A stretch of 64,000 nucleotides of DNA from Chlorokybus atmophyticus. Taxonomy: Eukaryota > Plantae > Mesostigma and Chlorokybus algae. The first letter of the stretch is position 1. Each line of letters opens with the position of its first letter. Positions 42,025-56,916 of this stretch are shown piece by piece. Location: positions 232,482-296,481 of the forward strand of contig RHPI01000732.1 in assembly GCA_009103225.1 (NCBI GenBank). Reading direction: 5' to 3'. The translations under genes and the position numbers were made by a program. Under the pieces are notes generated by a model, which saw only the letters and a list, made by a program, of their open reading frames with translations, made no database searches and had not been told where the DNA came from.

Positions 42025-45000
42025 ATGGAAACCTCCCAGCAGCAGCAGCCGCAGCAGCTGAAGGACGACGACAAGCAGGAGGATAAGGACAAGCAGAACA
42101 GCCACCACGCTGCCAACACTCAGGCTCAGGCGCAGGGTCAGGGGGAGAGCGCTGTGCTGGTGGACCGGCTGGGGTCCCAGTCGGCGGCGGGGGCGGCGGC
42201 GGGGCCGTTGAGGGCGCCGAGGGTGTCGCTGAAGCTGGCGGATTTTGACACTGGGCCTCTCCTCGGCCAGGGATCCTTCTCCAGGGTGAGTTGGTATGAT
42301 CCCTTACGAGGAGTGGTAGTGCAAGTGGAGAGCGCAATGTGGGGACTCTTTGGCAAATAAGTTTGTGGACACATGCACACCTGAACACACCTGGACGCGC
42401 TAAGTGTCACAAAGGTGTCAATGTGCGTGCACAGTCACACGCATGCGCAGAGAGGTGCACATGAGTTGTGTGTCATTGCACAACACTAACAAGTATACCA
42501 GAAGCAATGCAAATCGTCTGGCTGCGTGGCAGGGAAGCTAAGCGTGGTAGTCTGTTGCTGAAGTATTGTGCAGCAACGCACTGCTACTGGCATTGTGTGC
42601 GTGGAGGTGGATATGTATGTCTCTCGAGTATCGTTTTTATGTGCGCGTATTTTGATATCAAGCCAAACAGAGTCTCTGCGTGTGTTTGTGTCACACTCAA
42701 GGTCAGGTGTTTGTGTGCGCATGCGCTCGCGCACGTGTGCGTGCAAGCTTTTGAGGCACTTGTCTTTGCATAAACGAAAACCTTTACCAGCAGTGGAGTG
42801 TCAGTAAGAACTCTGTGTCGTAGCAGTAGCAATGAATTCAATGCCCCCCCNNNNNNNNNNNNNNNNNNNNNNNNNNNNNNNNNNNNNNNNNNNNNNNNNN
42901 NNNNNNNNNNNNNNNNNNNNNNNNNNNNNNNNNNNNNNNNNNNNNNNNNNNNNNNNNNNNNNNNNNNNNNNNNNNNNNNNNNNNNNNNNNNNNNNNNNNN
43001 NNNNNNNNNNNNNNNNNNNNNNNNNNNNNNNNNNNNNNNNNNNNNNNNNNNNNNNNNNNNNNNNNNNNNNNNNNNNNNNNNNNNNNNNNNNNNNNNNNNN
43101 NNNNNNNNNNNNNNNNNNNNNNNNNNNNNNNNNNNNNNNNNNNNNNNNNNNNNNNNNNNNNNNNNNNNNNNNNNNNNNNNNNNNNNNNNNNNNNNNNNNN
43201 NNNNNNNNNNNNNNNACCCACCCACACCCACCCACCCACCTTTTACCAGCCACTCATGCACACGTGAATATACACGCACGCACGAGCGTGCTCGCAGAAT
43301 GATCCTTGTCTTTGTTTGGTGGCAATGCAGCCTAGCAGCGACACGCATGCACTGGAACAGCATATTGACTCTGCATCCCCTCACTTTACAGGTAGTCAAG
43401 GCGAGGTTGCATGCGAGCGGGGTTGTTTACGCTCTGAAGGTGATGGATAAGCGGCAGCTGCTGCGGGAGCGCAAGGAGAAGTACGCACGCCTCGAGCGCG
43501 CCCTACTCGATGCCCTCGGAACCCATCCTGGAGTCGTCAAGATGGTGTTCACATTCCAAGACGCCCACTCACTCTGTACGAATGCACGCGCACATGCAGA
43601 CGCCCTTACACATGTGTAATGCACGCGCATGCGTACGCATACGCACATGCGCGCAACACATATCTACTCCGCTGTTGCGTATGTTGTGTGCGTATTGTAT
43701 ATGTTGTGTATGTTGCGTGTGTCTTGTGTGCTGTTGTGTTTGACTGGTATGTGGTGATGAAGATATGGGCATGGAGCTGTGCGAGGGCGGCGATTTGTTC
43801 CAGCAGATCAAGGCGGTGCGCTCCAATGACTGTGCGTGTTGCTGCTGTTGTCAGTATGGTTTGCACGCTGTGTTCTTGCGGCTCATCAACAAACGTACAA
43901 GGTTCCGTTTTCTTATTCGTGGGCACAACATACAGCATGGTCATTACGAGCTGCATGAAGCCCGCCACTACGCCGCCGAACTCGTCCTCTTGCTGGAGTT
44001 TCTCAGAGATAACAAAGTCATCCACCGCGATATAAAGGTAAGCGCGCCATGCATAGTACGGTCTGATGTGCATGCGTGCGTGCGCTGGTTCGTGTATTCC
44101 ATGCTGTGTCAATACTGTCATGTGTCACCAGCCGGAGAACATGCTGCTGACTGAGAGCGGCCACATAAAGCTCACGGATTTTGGTAGCGCGAAGGTGGTT
44201 GAGGGCCCACTTAAAGACGGTGCGCATACTAACATTGTGTCACATTGAAGTTGCATCCAAGCGGCGGCATGTCTATGACGCACGCACAAAGGCACGCATG
44301 CGCGCTCTTGCATGTGTGCACACGCACACACACATGCAATCCCTCTTACCGTTTTGGGTTGATGCTGTCTTCTCTGTGATTTAGCCTTTGCAGAGCCAGC
44401 GTTGAAGTCAGCACCAGCACACTCATTTGTGGGCACGGCCGAGTACGTATCGCCGGAAGTTATCAACAGCGAACCTGTCACCTACAGGTGAACGGCCTGT
44501 GCATAGGCTGGTGTGTTAGTGCAGACATTCCGTTTGTAGATGGTTCACTTGATTGCTCAATTACTAGCTTGCTCCCGCGATCTGCTCTTCACTCATCCAG
44601 TCATACTCGCTTGCTGATTTCACTCGTTATTCAGGTTTTATTTCTCTGTGAACTCTGCCCTTGGCCGATATGTGAATCTATTGCGTTTGTTATGTGACGA
44701 TTACACCAACAGTAGTTGTCATGGTGTTTTGCATGTCTCAGCGCGGACTTGTGGGCGTTGGGCTGCGTGATTTTCCAGCTTCTGAGCGGTCAGCCGCCAT
44801 TCAAGGCCGAGACGGAGTACCTCACTTTCCAAAGGGTCCTCAAACGGGACCTGAACTACACTGAAGGCTTCCCGCCCATGGCTAAACACCTGGTCGACAG
44901 CCTACTGGTATGTGACGTTGCCTGCTGCGTTATGATGTGGTGTGTTGGGTAGTGTTGGCTTGGTATGCAGCATATGCAGTGTGACAAACGCCTCTTTAAC

Positions 45001-45299
45001 TGAGATGGTCATGTCACCTAGCATGCTGTGTTGTGTGGTGGTGTGGTGTGTGGTGGTGTGTCTTGTAAGCTTGCGTATTGTATGTGCACTACATGTCCTT
45101 CAAGTTGCACATATGTTGTGTCGCTTGGCAGATGTTGAAGCCAAGCGAGCGGCTAGGAGCTAACAGCTTGGACGCGCTGAAGGCGCACTCGTTCTTCCAT
45201 GGGGTACATTGGGATGCTGACGTGGTGTTTGGGGCGAAAGCACCGGACATATTGCCTGTGAAATATCCCGAGTTGGAGTTATTTGAAACCATACTGTAG
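42025..45299 (+). CDS. PDK1: 3-phosphoinositide-dependent protein kinase 1 (AGC kinase), no PH domain seen
   Basis: LLGQGSFSR|VVKA..YALKVMDK..KEKYARLERALL, FTFQD, IHRDIK|PENMLL..DFGSAK, SFVGTAEYVSPEVIN, DLWALGC..PPFKAETEYLTFQRVL. TAG at 45297-45299. Confidence 0.92.
42851..43215. other. Assembly gap (N run) in PDK1 intron 1, flanked by C-rich runs
   Basis: 365 N. Confidence 1.
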
Positions 45300-46653
45300 A
45301 CAGCTGGCTATAAGCTCAGCTTGAGGTGCTGGTCCAAGCCAGAAGCCAGTGTACGCTCGCCATCATATTGTGCCCAACCCAATAGATACAGCAAGCACAT
45401 TGTAGTTGTTACGATGCCAATGTTTGCACAATGTACGCCGCTACGGTGTTGATGCTACCAACCTACAGATAGAAGAGTGTAGCTTGCAGTTGTTTACATA
45501 TGTTACGATTCTGTTGTGCCAGTCATATGGCAAGTCATGTGTGGCGTGTTTGACTTTCGTTCCTATGTAACAAAGCCCAACCGTTCACTAATTCACAATC
45601 AGGTTCGTGTTTCCTACTTCCCAGCATACACAAGACAAAGTCCAGAATGAGACCGCGTAACACGAAGTGTGCGCGCATGTGCATGTTTAAACTTGGTAAG
45701 CATTTGGAAGGATGCTGGCCGAGCAGGGCTTGGGTACACATGGTTGGTGCATGTGTGCCGTGTGTGGTGTGGGTCACATGCACAGCATCGCGTATATTCT
45801 ACACAGTACAAGCAACGACTTAATTTAGGCAAGCAACCAGGTGATTTCAATGCGTACTGGGTGCCGTACATTTGTGCATAACAGGCATGTGCGACAGCCA
45901 TGCAACTAAGCAGGCAATACCTTCTCTCACTCACAACTCAATTACCTTAATGCGCTCAGTAACCTTATTCAATCAGCTTGGGTGGGCCACGGTTAGCAGA
46001 GCATGCAGCTGGGCAGCAGCGGCGGCAACAGCAACATCACACAGCAGAGGAAGTACCTGCAGGCACCTCAGGCATATCAACAATGTGTATGCCATGCTTG
46101 TCCAGTGCGTCACGTGCAGGGATGACGGCTGCAAACCTCCTTGCTCTATACAAGTGCACCGTGCCAATCATGTGCTGGCTTATGAGCGCCATGCGCAGTG
46201 CCTACGAGTTTCCCACACAATGGCCTCCACAACTATGGCTATACATCACCTTTTTTCTCCTCCCTCGCATGCGCTGACTTGCAGGCGTGATGCAGACAGT
46301 GCCGTGCCACTTGCACGGTTGCTTCGCGCTCCATGCACGTCCGCCTCAATGCTGTTTCTCCTTGACTACCACTTGTCTATTTACGTATCCCTCTATACAT
46401 CTGATATGCGGGTGTGCTGTATGTGCACTACTATGTGCAATCATGCAAGGCCCTCCTGCATGAACCAGGTGCCACCTACTCGCATTTCTGGATTTCTGGA
46501 CCACAATGTGGGAGTTAGTCAACCATGTCATCAGGACATTCAACATGATAGCTTTGCTAGTAAACGTAAGCAGCTGGCAACGCTTTCAATGCCACCACAA
46601 TCCATGCACCCGTACACGCACAGCAATGCATAAGGACTGTAACGATGCAAACC

Positions 46654-49600
46654 TCACAATATACACACAAAACACATGTGTATACAAATGGTACATATGG
46701 CACACATGCAAACATACCGGAAGGCGGGTCTGTGGCTGGTGACTCCGGTCTTCCATAGGTTGAAAGCATCTCCAAAGTCCATTGACTGGATGTCTGGTCC
46801 GTCGAGGGCGATGCGTAGCCTATCATCAAGTGCGCGTATGGACAGCTGCGAGCGCAGTGAGTCCCTGATGCTCTGCTGCTTGATGTGTCCGAGCTCGCAG
46901 AGGGAGGTGCTTATCGGCTGCACCATCGCGATGTGGCCGAGCGTGATGAAGTTGGGGTACATGTCCGAGTACTCGTCCGACGCGGTCAAAATGCGCCACG
47001 TGTCCGCCATGCCGCGACCCGAGAACTGAGTGGCCATCTGCTCCTTGAACTGAGGCCACTCGCGCCGGCAACCATCCGCGTCCACAAGCGCGGGGTGCAC
47101 AGCCCCCGAAGTGAACCGGTCTTGCCCAAAAGCTGCAGCCAACAGATAGTATCAACGTGCACGCACAATAGGCCAGTCATACGGTTGCATGAACCAGACA
47201 GGACTCGGTGCAAACTGAGGTCTTACAACAGTGTATCATGCATGCAGGTACACAGTATGCCACTATTGTGTGCCTTCACACAAAACAAATCTTATATACA
47301 TGGCACAACAATACAACACAACGCCATTTGACACGCGTCAATGAGATGCGGCACTGACCTGTTAGGAGTGCTTCAAGTTCATCTCTACCGAACCCGTGCA
47401 GGTCTTCTAGCGACGGGTACATCTTGGGCACCAGTACTCGCATGGCCGAGAACAGCTCTCGCTGAGGGAAGCGCTCATGCAGGTTGTCCACGACAGCCGC
47501 GGCAAACTCGCGTACAAATGAGAGACAGACAGCATGGTCATCCTCGCCAGCATACCTGTAATGTGAACATGTTGATAAGTACCCAAGGGTAAGCAACTAC
47601 AACAGCATGAATCGGTCACAAAGCACACTCACCACAACAAACTTTGTTAATCAATGGCATACTGTGGTACAACAAAGTAGAACCACTCACCTGACCGAGT
47701 GATCGTGAAACATGCCTCCCGAGCTTTCAATCATGTCCAAGAACTCTCGCAAGTAGCCCCCTTCTGGCCCCAAGGTGGGTGTTTCAATGAGGTACTCCTC
47801 GCGTATGCAACCCATCACGCTTGTGATGGTGTGCTCCACCGTAGCCAAGCTCGCGCTCTCACTCTGGAACGTGCGGCTCAAGCGCGACAACCTGCCGAGG
47901 ATGTCCGACAAGTAATGTATGGCAAAAAGGAAAGTGTACGACTGAAGACGCTCGTGCAGCGCCGGATCGTCTGGCTCAAGCAAAGGTAGCACCTGCAAGT
48001 ACAGACATGTAAGCATGAGGGCACCGGCAAGGCATGGCCACACATGATAGTAATCAAGGTGACTTTCACTTATGTTACCTGTGTGTGTGTGTGGTCATCA
48101 ATAGGTGCATGATACCTCATGTAGACATTTCCGCAGGCTGTTGATGCAGTTGTGTCGGGCCAGCCACTGTACGCTACTGGATTTCTGCAAATTGAGGACC
48201 GAGCCGCCCACTTCTTCTTGCAAGAAGTTGAGCATCTCATATCGCTTCGGGGCGCATACCAGCCACGCGAACAGCGCGCTTATTTCCGCATCAATCGACT
48301 TAGCGAAATTCGTATTTGCGGCATTGGATGCGCCGACAGCCACTCTGGTTCCGGCACAATGCGTGACTATGAGGAACGGATTCAGCCGCTGAAGCAAGCT
48401 CGAGGCACCGTACTCCGGTTGAGACACAATGGGAGCGCCATCAGAGCTCAAACCTACAAGCTTCAAAAGGTCCAAGCCAATCCGTTGCAGAAGCCCGATG
48501 ATAGCAGCTTGCAGGCCTTCTGCGCTGAATTCATCAACCTGTACAGAAGAAATGATAAACACGCCATGTTGTTGGTATACGCCAGAGTGCAACAGGTGTC
48601 TCCTATCACAGAATGCCAACATACACATCATGTGCAACAACACGTTGTACGTAACACTGTCGCATACACTAGACGCTAACCTGCAACAAGCAGAGGTACT
48701 TGCACTGGGCTTGCCCATCGCCAGTGACGTACGTGCAGTACACGACAAAGTAATCTGCTGTGGATGCATCCTGCGTCTCATCCACGATGATGCCGTAGAA
48801 GGGACTGGCGCGCAGCTCCCGACACGTACGGTCCCACAAACTGTCGCTGATGCAGTGTATTAGCCTGCTGCATGATGACGCGTCTGAGGTGATATCCGCA
48901 GGGACGTCTCGGATGCCCATCGTGCGCATGAGCGGCATGACGGCGGCGTAATTATCGGTGGGCAGGTCCGCTTTCGCAATGAAGTATGCTATGCGGAACG
49001 AGTTGAAGGTCGAGTGCTTGGACATCTCTGCAGCGGCCTTCTTCGTGGTGGGTTCGGCGAACATCGGCTCGGGGATCCCAAACTCGAGCCCACTTCCTCC
49101 CCGTGCACGATTGGTTGCAGCGTGCCTGGCGGTCTCGGCTGCGACGGCTTCCTGCCTCACCGCAGCCATCGCCAAGTCCACATCACGTTGGCGCTGTGCC
49201 GATGCCTCTGAGGACAACACCTCCTGGTGGACTTTGGAGGTCTGGTGCTCCACGAGTGCGCTGTGGCGCATGTTGCCCCCGCCGTCCTTGGCGTACTTGG
49301 TGTTCTTGTTGTACTTCAAGCAGAGCGCGCAGAAGATCTTCCCGTTGCGAAGACGCACCCACGGGAACGTCTTTGCCCATGCTGTGAGAAATGCTCTCTT
49401 AGCCGACGGGCTCGCGCCTTCGGGTAAGTCCCCTCCCGCAGAGGTGGCTTCGCGCCCGCGCTTCCTCCCTACCCGCTGCAGCGGTCGCTCAGACAGGGGT
49501 CTGTCCTCGTCATCCTCCTCGTCCTCCATCTCCTGCGCCTCCTCCAGCTGCGTGTGTGGCATCAGTTGCGGCTGCGCCATCATCGTCTGCGCGTACGCCA

Positions 49601-49706
49601 TTGGAGGCAGCTGCGGGTCTGGCCGGTGCAGGTCGGCCCGCTGCAGCAGAGTCCCCAGCGCGGGTGCAAACGCAGGGTGGTGCGGTAGTGTGTGCTGCAT
49701 GTTCAT
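46654..49706 (-). CDS. hAT transposase-derived ZNF862-like protein (TTF-type zinc finger, DUF4371-like core, hAT dimerisation domain), spliced
   Basis: Exons ~49706-48681, 48538-48116, 47992-47691, 47555-47359 and 47132-46718. Motifs: WAKTFPW..KIFCALC..HQTSKVH, YGIIVDETQDAS, LSSDGA and YPNFITLGHIAMVQPISTSLCELG. Both ends are uncertain. Confidence 0.85.
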
Positions 49707-51040
49707 CTTGTCTGCAGCTGTAGCTGCTGATATACATGGACAAAGTACCGGTGGTCAGCTAAGCTTCAATGACCTCAACGCTGCTTATAATGACAGCTGT
49801 GCAAACGGAAGGGTATGCAAGCTTGTACTGAGCTTGCCTCAGAAGATAAACGTTTTTAAACGACAACACTCAACGTATTCGCCGCCTTCGACGCATGCTT
49901 GTGGCTGAAACCATCTGCACGACAATGAGCTGTCATGGCCTGGAATGGTAAAAAGGACACTGCTTGCAAATGTAGGCTTGTAAACGGCAACACCATAACC
50001 GACATGTGGTGCTGCAGCAGCAAAGGGCACCTCCAACAACTTGAGGCCAGCATGCGGCCAGCGAAATGCCCATAGTCAAAGCGAACGAAACAGAAACCAA
50101 CTGCAATGCAGCACATACGAAGAGAGTGGAGCTTGAGGCAGGTGTGACATGCGCAGGACAGTAGGCAATATCTGCTCTATTATGCGGACTTTTTATGAAC
50201 GCAGCAGAAAGAACGTGCGTGCACCTAAAGCAACACCAAGTCTGATATGAAACTGTCGTTGTCGTTGCTTCTCAACATGCGCAACGACAGCTTGCCACAC
50301 ATGGCTACTTCCAGCATGTCTCTCACTCCAGAGTCAACATGACTGTAAAGTGACAGAACCTTGCTCTTTAATGGTCTCCACCAGGATACTCACGAGCAAA
50401 CCGACAAACAACTGCACGTTCACCGCAGCGGCCAAGCAGGCCAGAGCACAGCAGCAAGTAAGCTTACCTCTGCTTTGTGTTCAGCGCAGCGTTTCACCGC
50501 CTTCAAACCAAATTTGCCCTGCTTGGTGCGCGGTATCGTGTATACGCTCAACGACGATGGCGCACAGGCGACCACGGCGGCGGCGGTGGAGGCGGAGGTG
50601 CTGGGCGCCGACGCCAACGGCAGGTCCCGGAATTGATCTCACACAACATCAGCGGAATGCAAACAGAAAACAAAAAACAAATTTTACCCTAAGCAGCTGA
50701 CCGGTCTTGTCCGCCGGTCTGTTGAGCCACTGGATCAGCCTGCGTTCCGAATCTAACGGCGAAGATGATTTGCAAGAAGTCCCAGTCCAGTCCCTAATTG
50801 GAGTCCCGATTGCAGAGCGGACATGACGTGTGCGATGGCGGGAGCAGCTGGCAGCCGGTCGGCCGGCGGCGGGTGCCGGCCGGCGCGAGTGACCGTTCTG
50901 CGACCAGTCCGGCAACCGGCCCTACTCTCGTGAGGGCATGCCCATAGCCAATCTGATGAGTGAAGCCTTGCCAGTTGCGCAGTAAGGCGCCACATTCATG
51001 AATCATGACCACCTCGTAGCAATGGAGAAATTCTCTTGGT

Positions 51041-51190
51041 CAATACCATAATGATACGAACCAATACAAAACAACATTTTACATACCTTACTGTATTATT
51101 GATTAATACTTACGCAATGACCATAAAATTCGTAATACGACAAGGTATGTACAATGTTGGTTTGTATTGATTTGTATGATTATCATATAA
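51041..51190. repeat. AT-rich imperfect inverted repeat (foldback/MITE-like)
   Basis: 51059-51089 AACCAATACAAAACAACATTTTACATACCTT matches the reverse complement of 51142-51172 at 28/31 positions. Weaker pairing extends inward and outward. Confidence 0.75.
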
Positions 51191-51387
51191 TGGCCATCAT
51201 ATGATCGTAATATTGAATGTCAATGAGCAACCCATTCGACTTTTGGATGCTGATGTTTAACTGCAACGTAAATCGTGTCCAATGCTGCATACATCCGTTT
51301 GCAACTACCACAATTATTGAACATTTTAATATATACGATTTTACCATTACTTTCGTAACATGTAATTGTATCATGAATGCCATGCTT

Positions 51388-51735
51388 AAAAGGCTTGCGA
51401 AAGACATTCCCTGTTCTACTGAAGTTGGTAAGAATGACGAAGTGGAGATTTCGGTTCGGGTTGTCAAGTGGTGTAGTGCTCGACAGCTGTGTTCATGCGG
51501 TTGGGTTCATGTCTCTCCACGAGTCACGAGCACAGTACTGCACAAGGCATTGATGCGAGGCTGGCATAGAGCTGATCAATGCCGATGTGAGCTTTTGTTA
51601 TAGCAAGTACTGCGAGTTGCCACAAGAAGTGGTAGTTACAACCTTGTGAGCCATGTTGGCAAACCGCATGATGTGTACTGTGGTAGTGCGATTTGCCATT
51701 CGTGTGGCAGTCGTAAGGCAAATGGTTCCTGTAGG
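51388..51735 (-). ncRNA. Candidate type-3 Pol III transcript of unknown identity (~340 nt)
   Basis: USE-like ATCCCACCTCG (51792-51782), TATA-like TTAGTATAGA (51760-51751), first T4 at ~51391-51388 and internal stems. Not matched to any known RNA family. Confidence 0.3.
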
Positions 51736-51750
51736 CAATCTGCAAGTACG

Positions 51751-51859
51751 TCTATACTAAGAGAGCTTGAGTTTGTGATTTCGAGGTGGGATTATTCCTA
51801 AGAAAATCCGAGGTGTATGATACTCCCAAGGTGGAGTTTGTTGATTCCGATGTGGGGAC
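51751..51859 (-). promoter_or_regulatory. Two USE-like motifs (consensus RTCCCACATCG) in a duplicated 66-bp module, with a TATA-like box
   Basis: GTCCCCACATCG at 51859-51848 and ATCCCACCTCG at 51792-51782. Each is followed by a similar AATCA(A)CAAACTC spacer. Confidence 0.4.
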
Positions 51860-53876
51860 AAGGTCAGCGCAATTTGACAAGGCCTAGATGGCCTCGAACA
51901 TCCTATGTGCCAGGTCGGGAGAGCAGCATGTGGTATACATGCTAAGTAGCATCCTTGAGTAGGCATTGGATCAGTATTAATAAAGACATCAATGTGTGTT
52001 TGCCTTACAAGAGGGCCACTTGTGCGTGGGGTGCCTGGTTATTAGCTGTTGAAGGGGCTCTCCCCCTCATCCCTTGTGGGGTGTGGTGTTGTGGTGTTGT
52101 GGGTGTGTTTGGCGTGTGCGCTTTGGGCTGAAGCTGTGTAGAGCGGTTGGTGGTCATCCTCTCCTTCCTTGGTGCGCTGCTGCGACTTCCCCTGCAACGT
52201 GGTGCTCGTGATACTAAGGCTGTATGTCCTGAAGGCTTGTGCATAAGTTTGCCAAGCCCCGACCAGCAGCAAGTAAGTAGTGGTATCGTTATAATTGAAT
52301 GTTAACGAGCAAACCATTTCACTCTTGTTACTGTTGTTCGATTGCATAGTAAATCGTACACAATGTTGCATATATTCATTTGTACTATCGAATATATTAA
52401 TTTGTACGGTTTTGCCATTCTTTCATAACATATACTCTATATAGAGTGCTAAACGTGTCTTTACAATGATGTCGACAGTGATATACAGCAGCATTATTGA
52501 CAAGCACTACTTGTTTGTCAAGCATTTGAATTTCGTTCACCTCATAAACGCATCAACGAAAAACGGTGATAATACGGTGGTGGGTTGCAATGACATGTTA
52601 TAACGTTGTATTGCGATACAAACGCAACAAGCAATCCATTTGCCTACCTGCAAGTGCCAGCCTAACCACCGCTTTTGCTTATCTTCGCCTTTCTGCAAGT
52701 ACTTGGGTAGGGTCTACCTCAACTGCCACTGCCTTCTTGCAGGCATATGAGTCTAGCCCCCATAGTTCACGCTAGCTTTGTGGTAGTCTTGTTTGTGGCG
52801 TGCTGATGTGGACTTAGTTGCTGGTTGTTTAGTGGTTGCGTTCTTGTATTGTAGCCACTTTGTTCTACCATAAACAATGTAAAAAGCAAATGTTGATAGC
52901 CTTGACAACGGACTGCAGCATTTTACCGCTGCTGGCGGCGCGCGATAGACGTAACATCGTGGCGATGGCGGGGCGTAAGGGCGTAGAGCACAGCATAGCA
53001 CCACTTTCATCTTGCTTGTCCTGGCGACGCTCAATCCCAAGCCTAACTCGCTACCTTATATCCCCTGGTTGGTTGCTGCCTACTGCCATTGCAGTGCACA
53101 TATCAGCACTTGGTGGCCCCGGATGTAATTTTAACTACCAGCACTCATGGTAACGAGTAGGTGGCTCCCCTCTGCTTGTTGTGCTTGCTCTGCTTGCCCT
53201 GCTACAAATCTCTGCCTGCGAGCATGTTTGTGCATGACATGCCACGATCTGTACCCTGCACTAAGACAGCATGGTGTGCATCCAATACTATAACATTAAT
53301 TTATGCTGAATGATGTAGCAGTAGCAGCAGTGTCTCTATTGTGCATGGACCTAAGTTGGGGACAGAGCGTTGGCGGTCATTGTCACTCACTGTCAACTTT
53401 AGGCCAACACCACAACGACAGCCAGTTGTGCAGATGTGACAGTCATCAAGCGATTGCCAAAACATGATTGAAACGTCATCAGCCACAACCACAATTATTG
53501 GCTGGTGCTGCTCTACAGAGCTGTTTTTGCACAAGTGTGTTCCCATGCATATGTTCAATCAGCGACGATAACATCACCACAGGCACAGATGCCAAAAACA
53601 AGCATGTACAGCGCATGTGGCAATGTGGCAATTTGAATTCCACCTGCACCGTGCCAAACCACGACTGCAAGTTCAGAAACACACAACCACCCGATGCCGC
53701 GAATGGAGTGCTACAGGCATCTGTCTGCTTGAACAATGTACAAAGATGGAGCTGCCTGGGCAGTGTAGGCCGCACAGGACAATCGCGCAGGCCAGACCAG
53801 CTGTGGATGTGCCATACTTCGTGGGGCCCTGGTTGTCCCCTAGCAACTGCAAGTACCTACCATCAACACTAGTTGA

Positions 53877-56916
<3,040 letters not shown>

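Larger units (their letters stand above)
51202..52431. repeat. Pair of decayed ~150-bp direct repeats (51202-51361 and 52283-52431)
   Basis: Collinear blocks: TTGAATGTCAATGAGCAACCCATT / TTGAATGTTAACGAGCAAACCATT; GTAAATCGTGTCCAATGCTGCATA / GTAAATCGTACACAATGTTGCATA; ACGATTTTACCATTACTTTCGTAACAT / ACGGTTTTGCCATTCTTTCATAACAT. Confidence 0.75.

Noticed and set aside
42584-43619. Long ORFs spanning the second N gap
   Set aside because: Artefacts of translating N. The real coding part is the PDK1 exon starting at ~43391.
51908-51928. SRP helix-8-like CCAGGTCGGGAGAGCAGC
   Set aside because: The stem between CAGG and AGCA is too short, and no surrounding SRP sequence was recognised.
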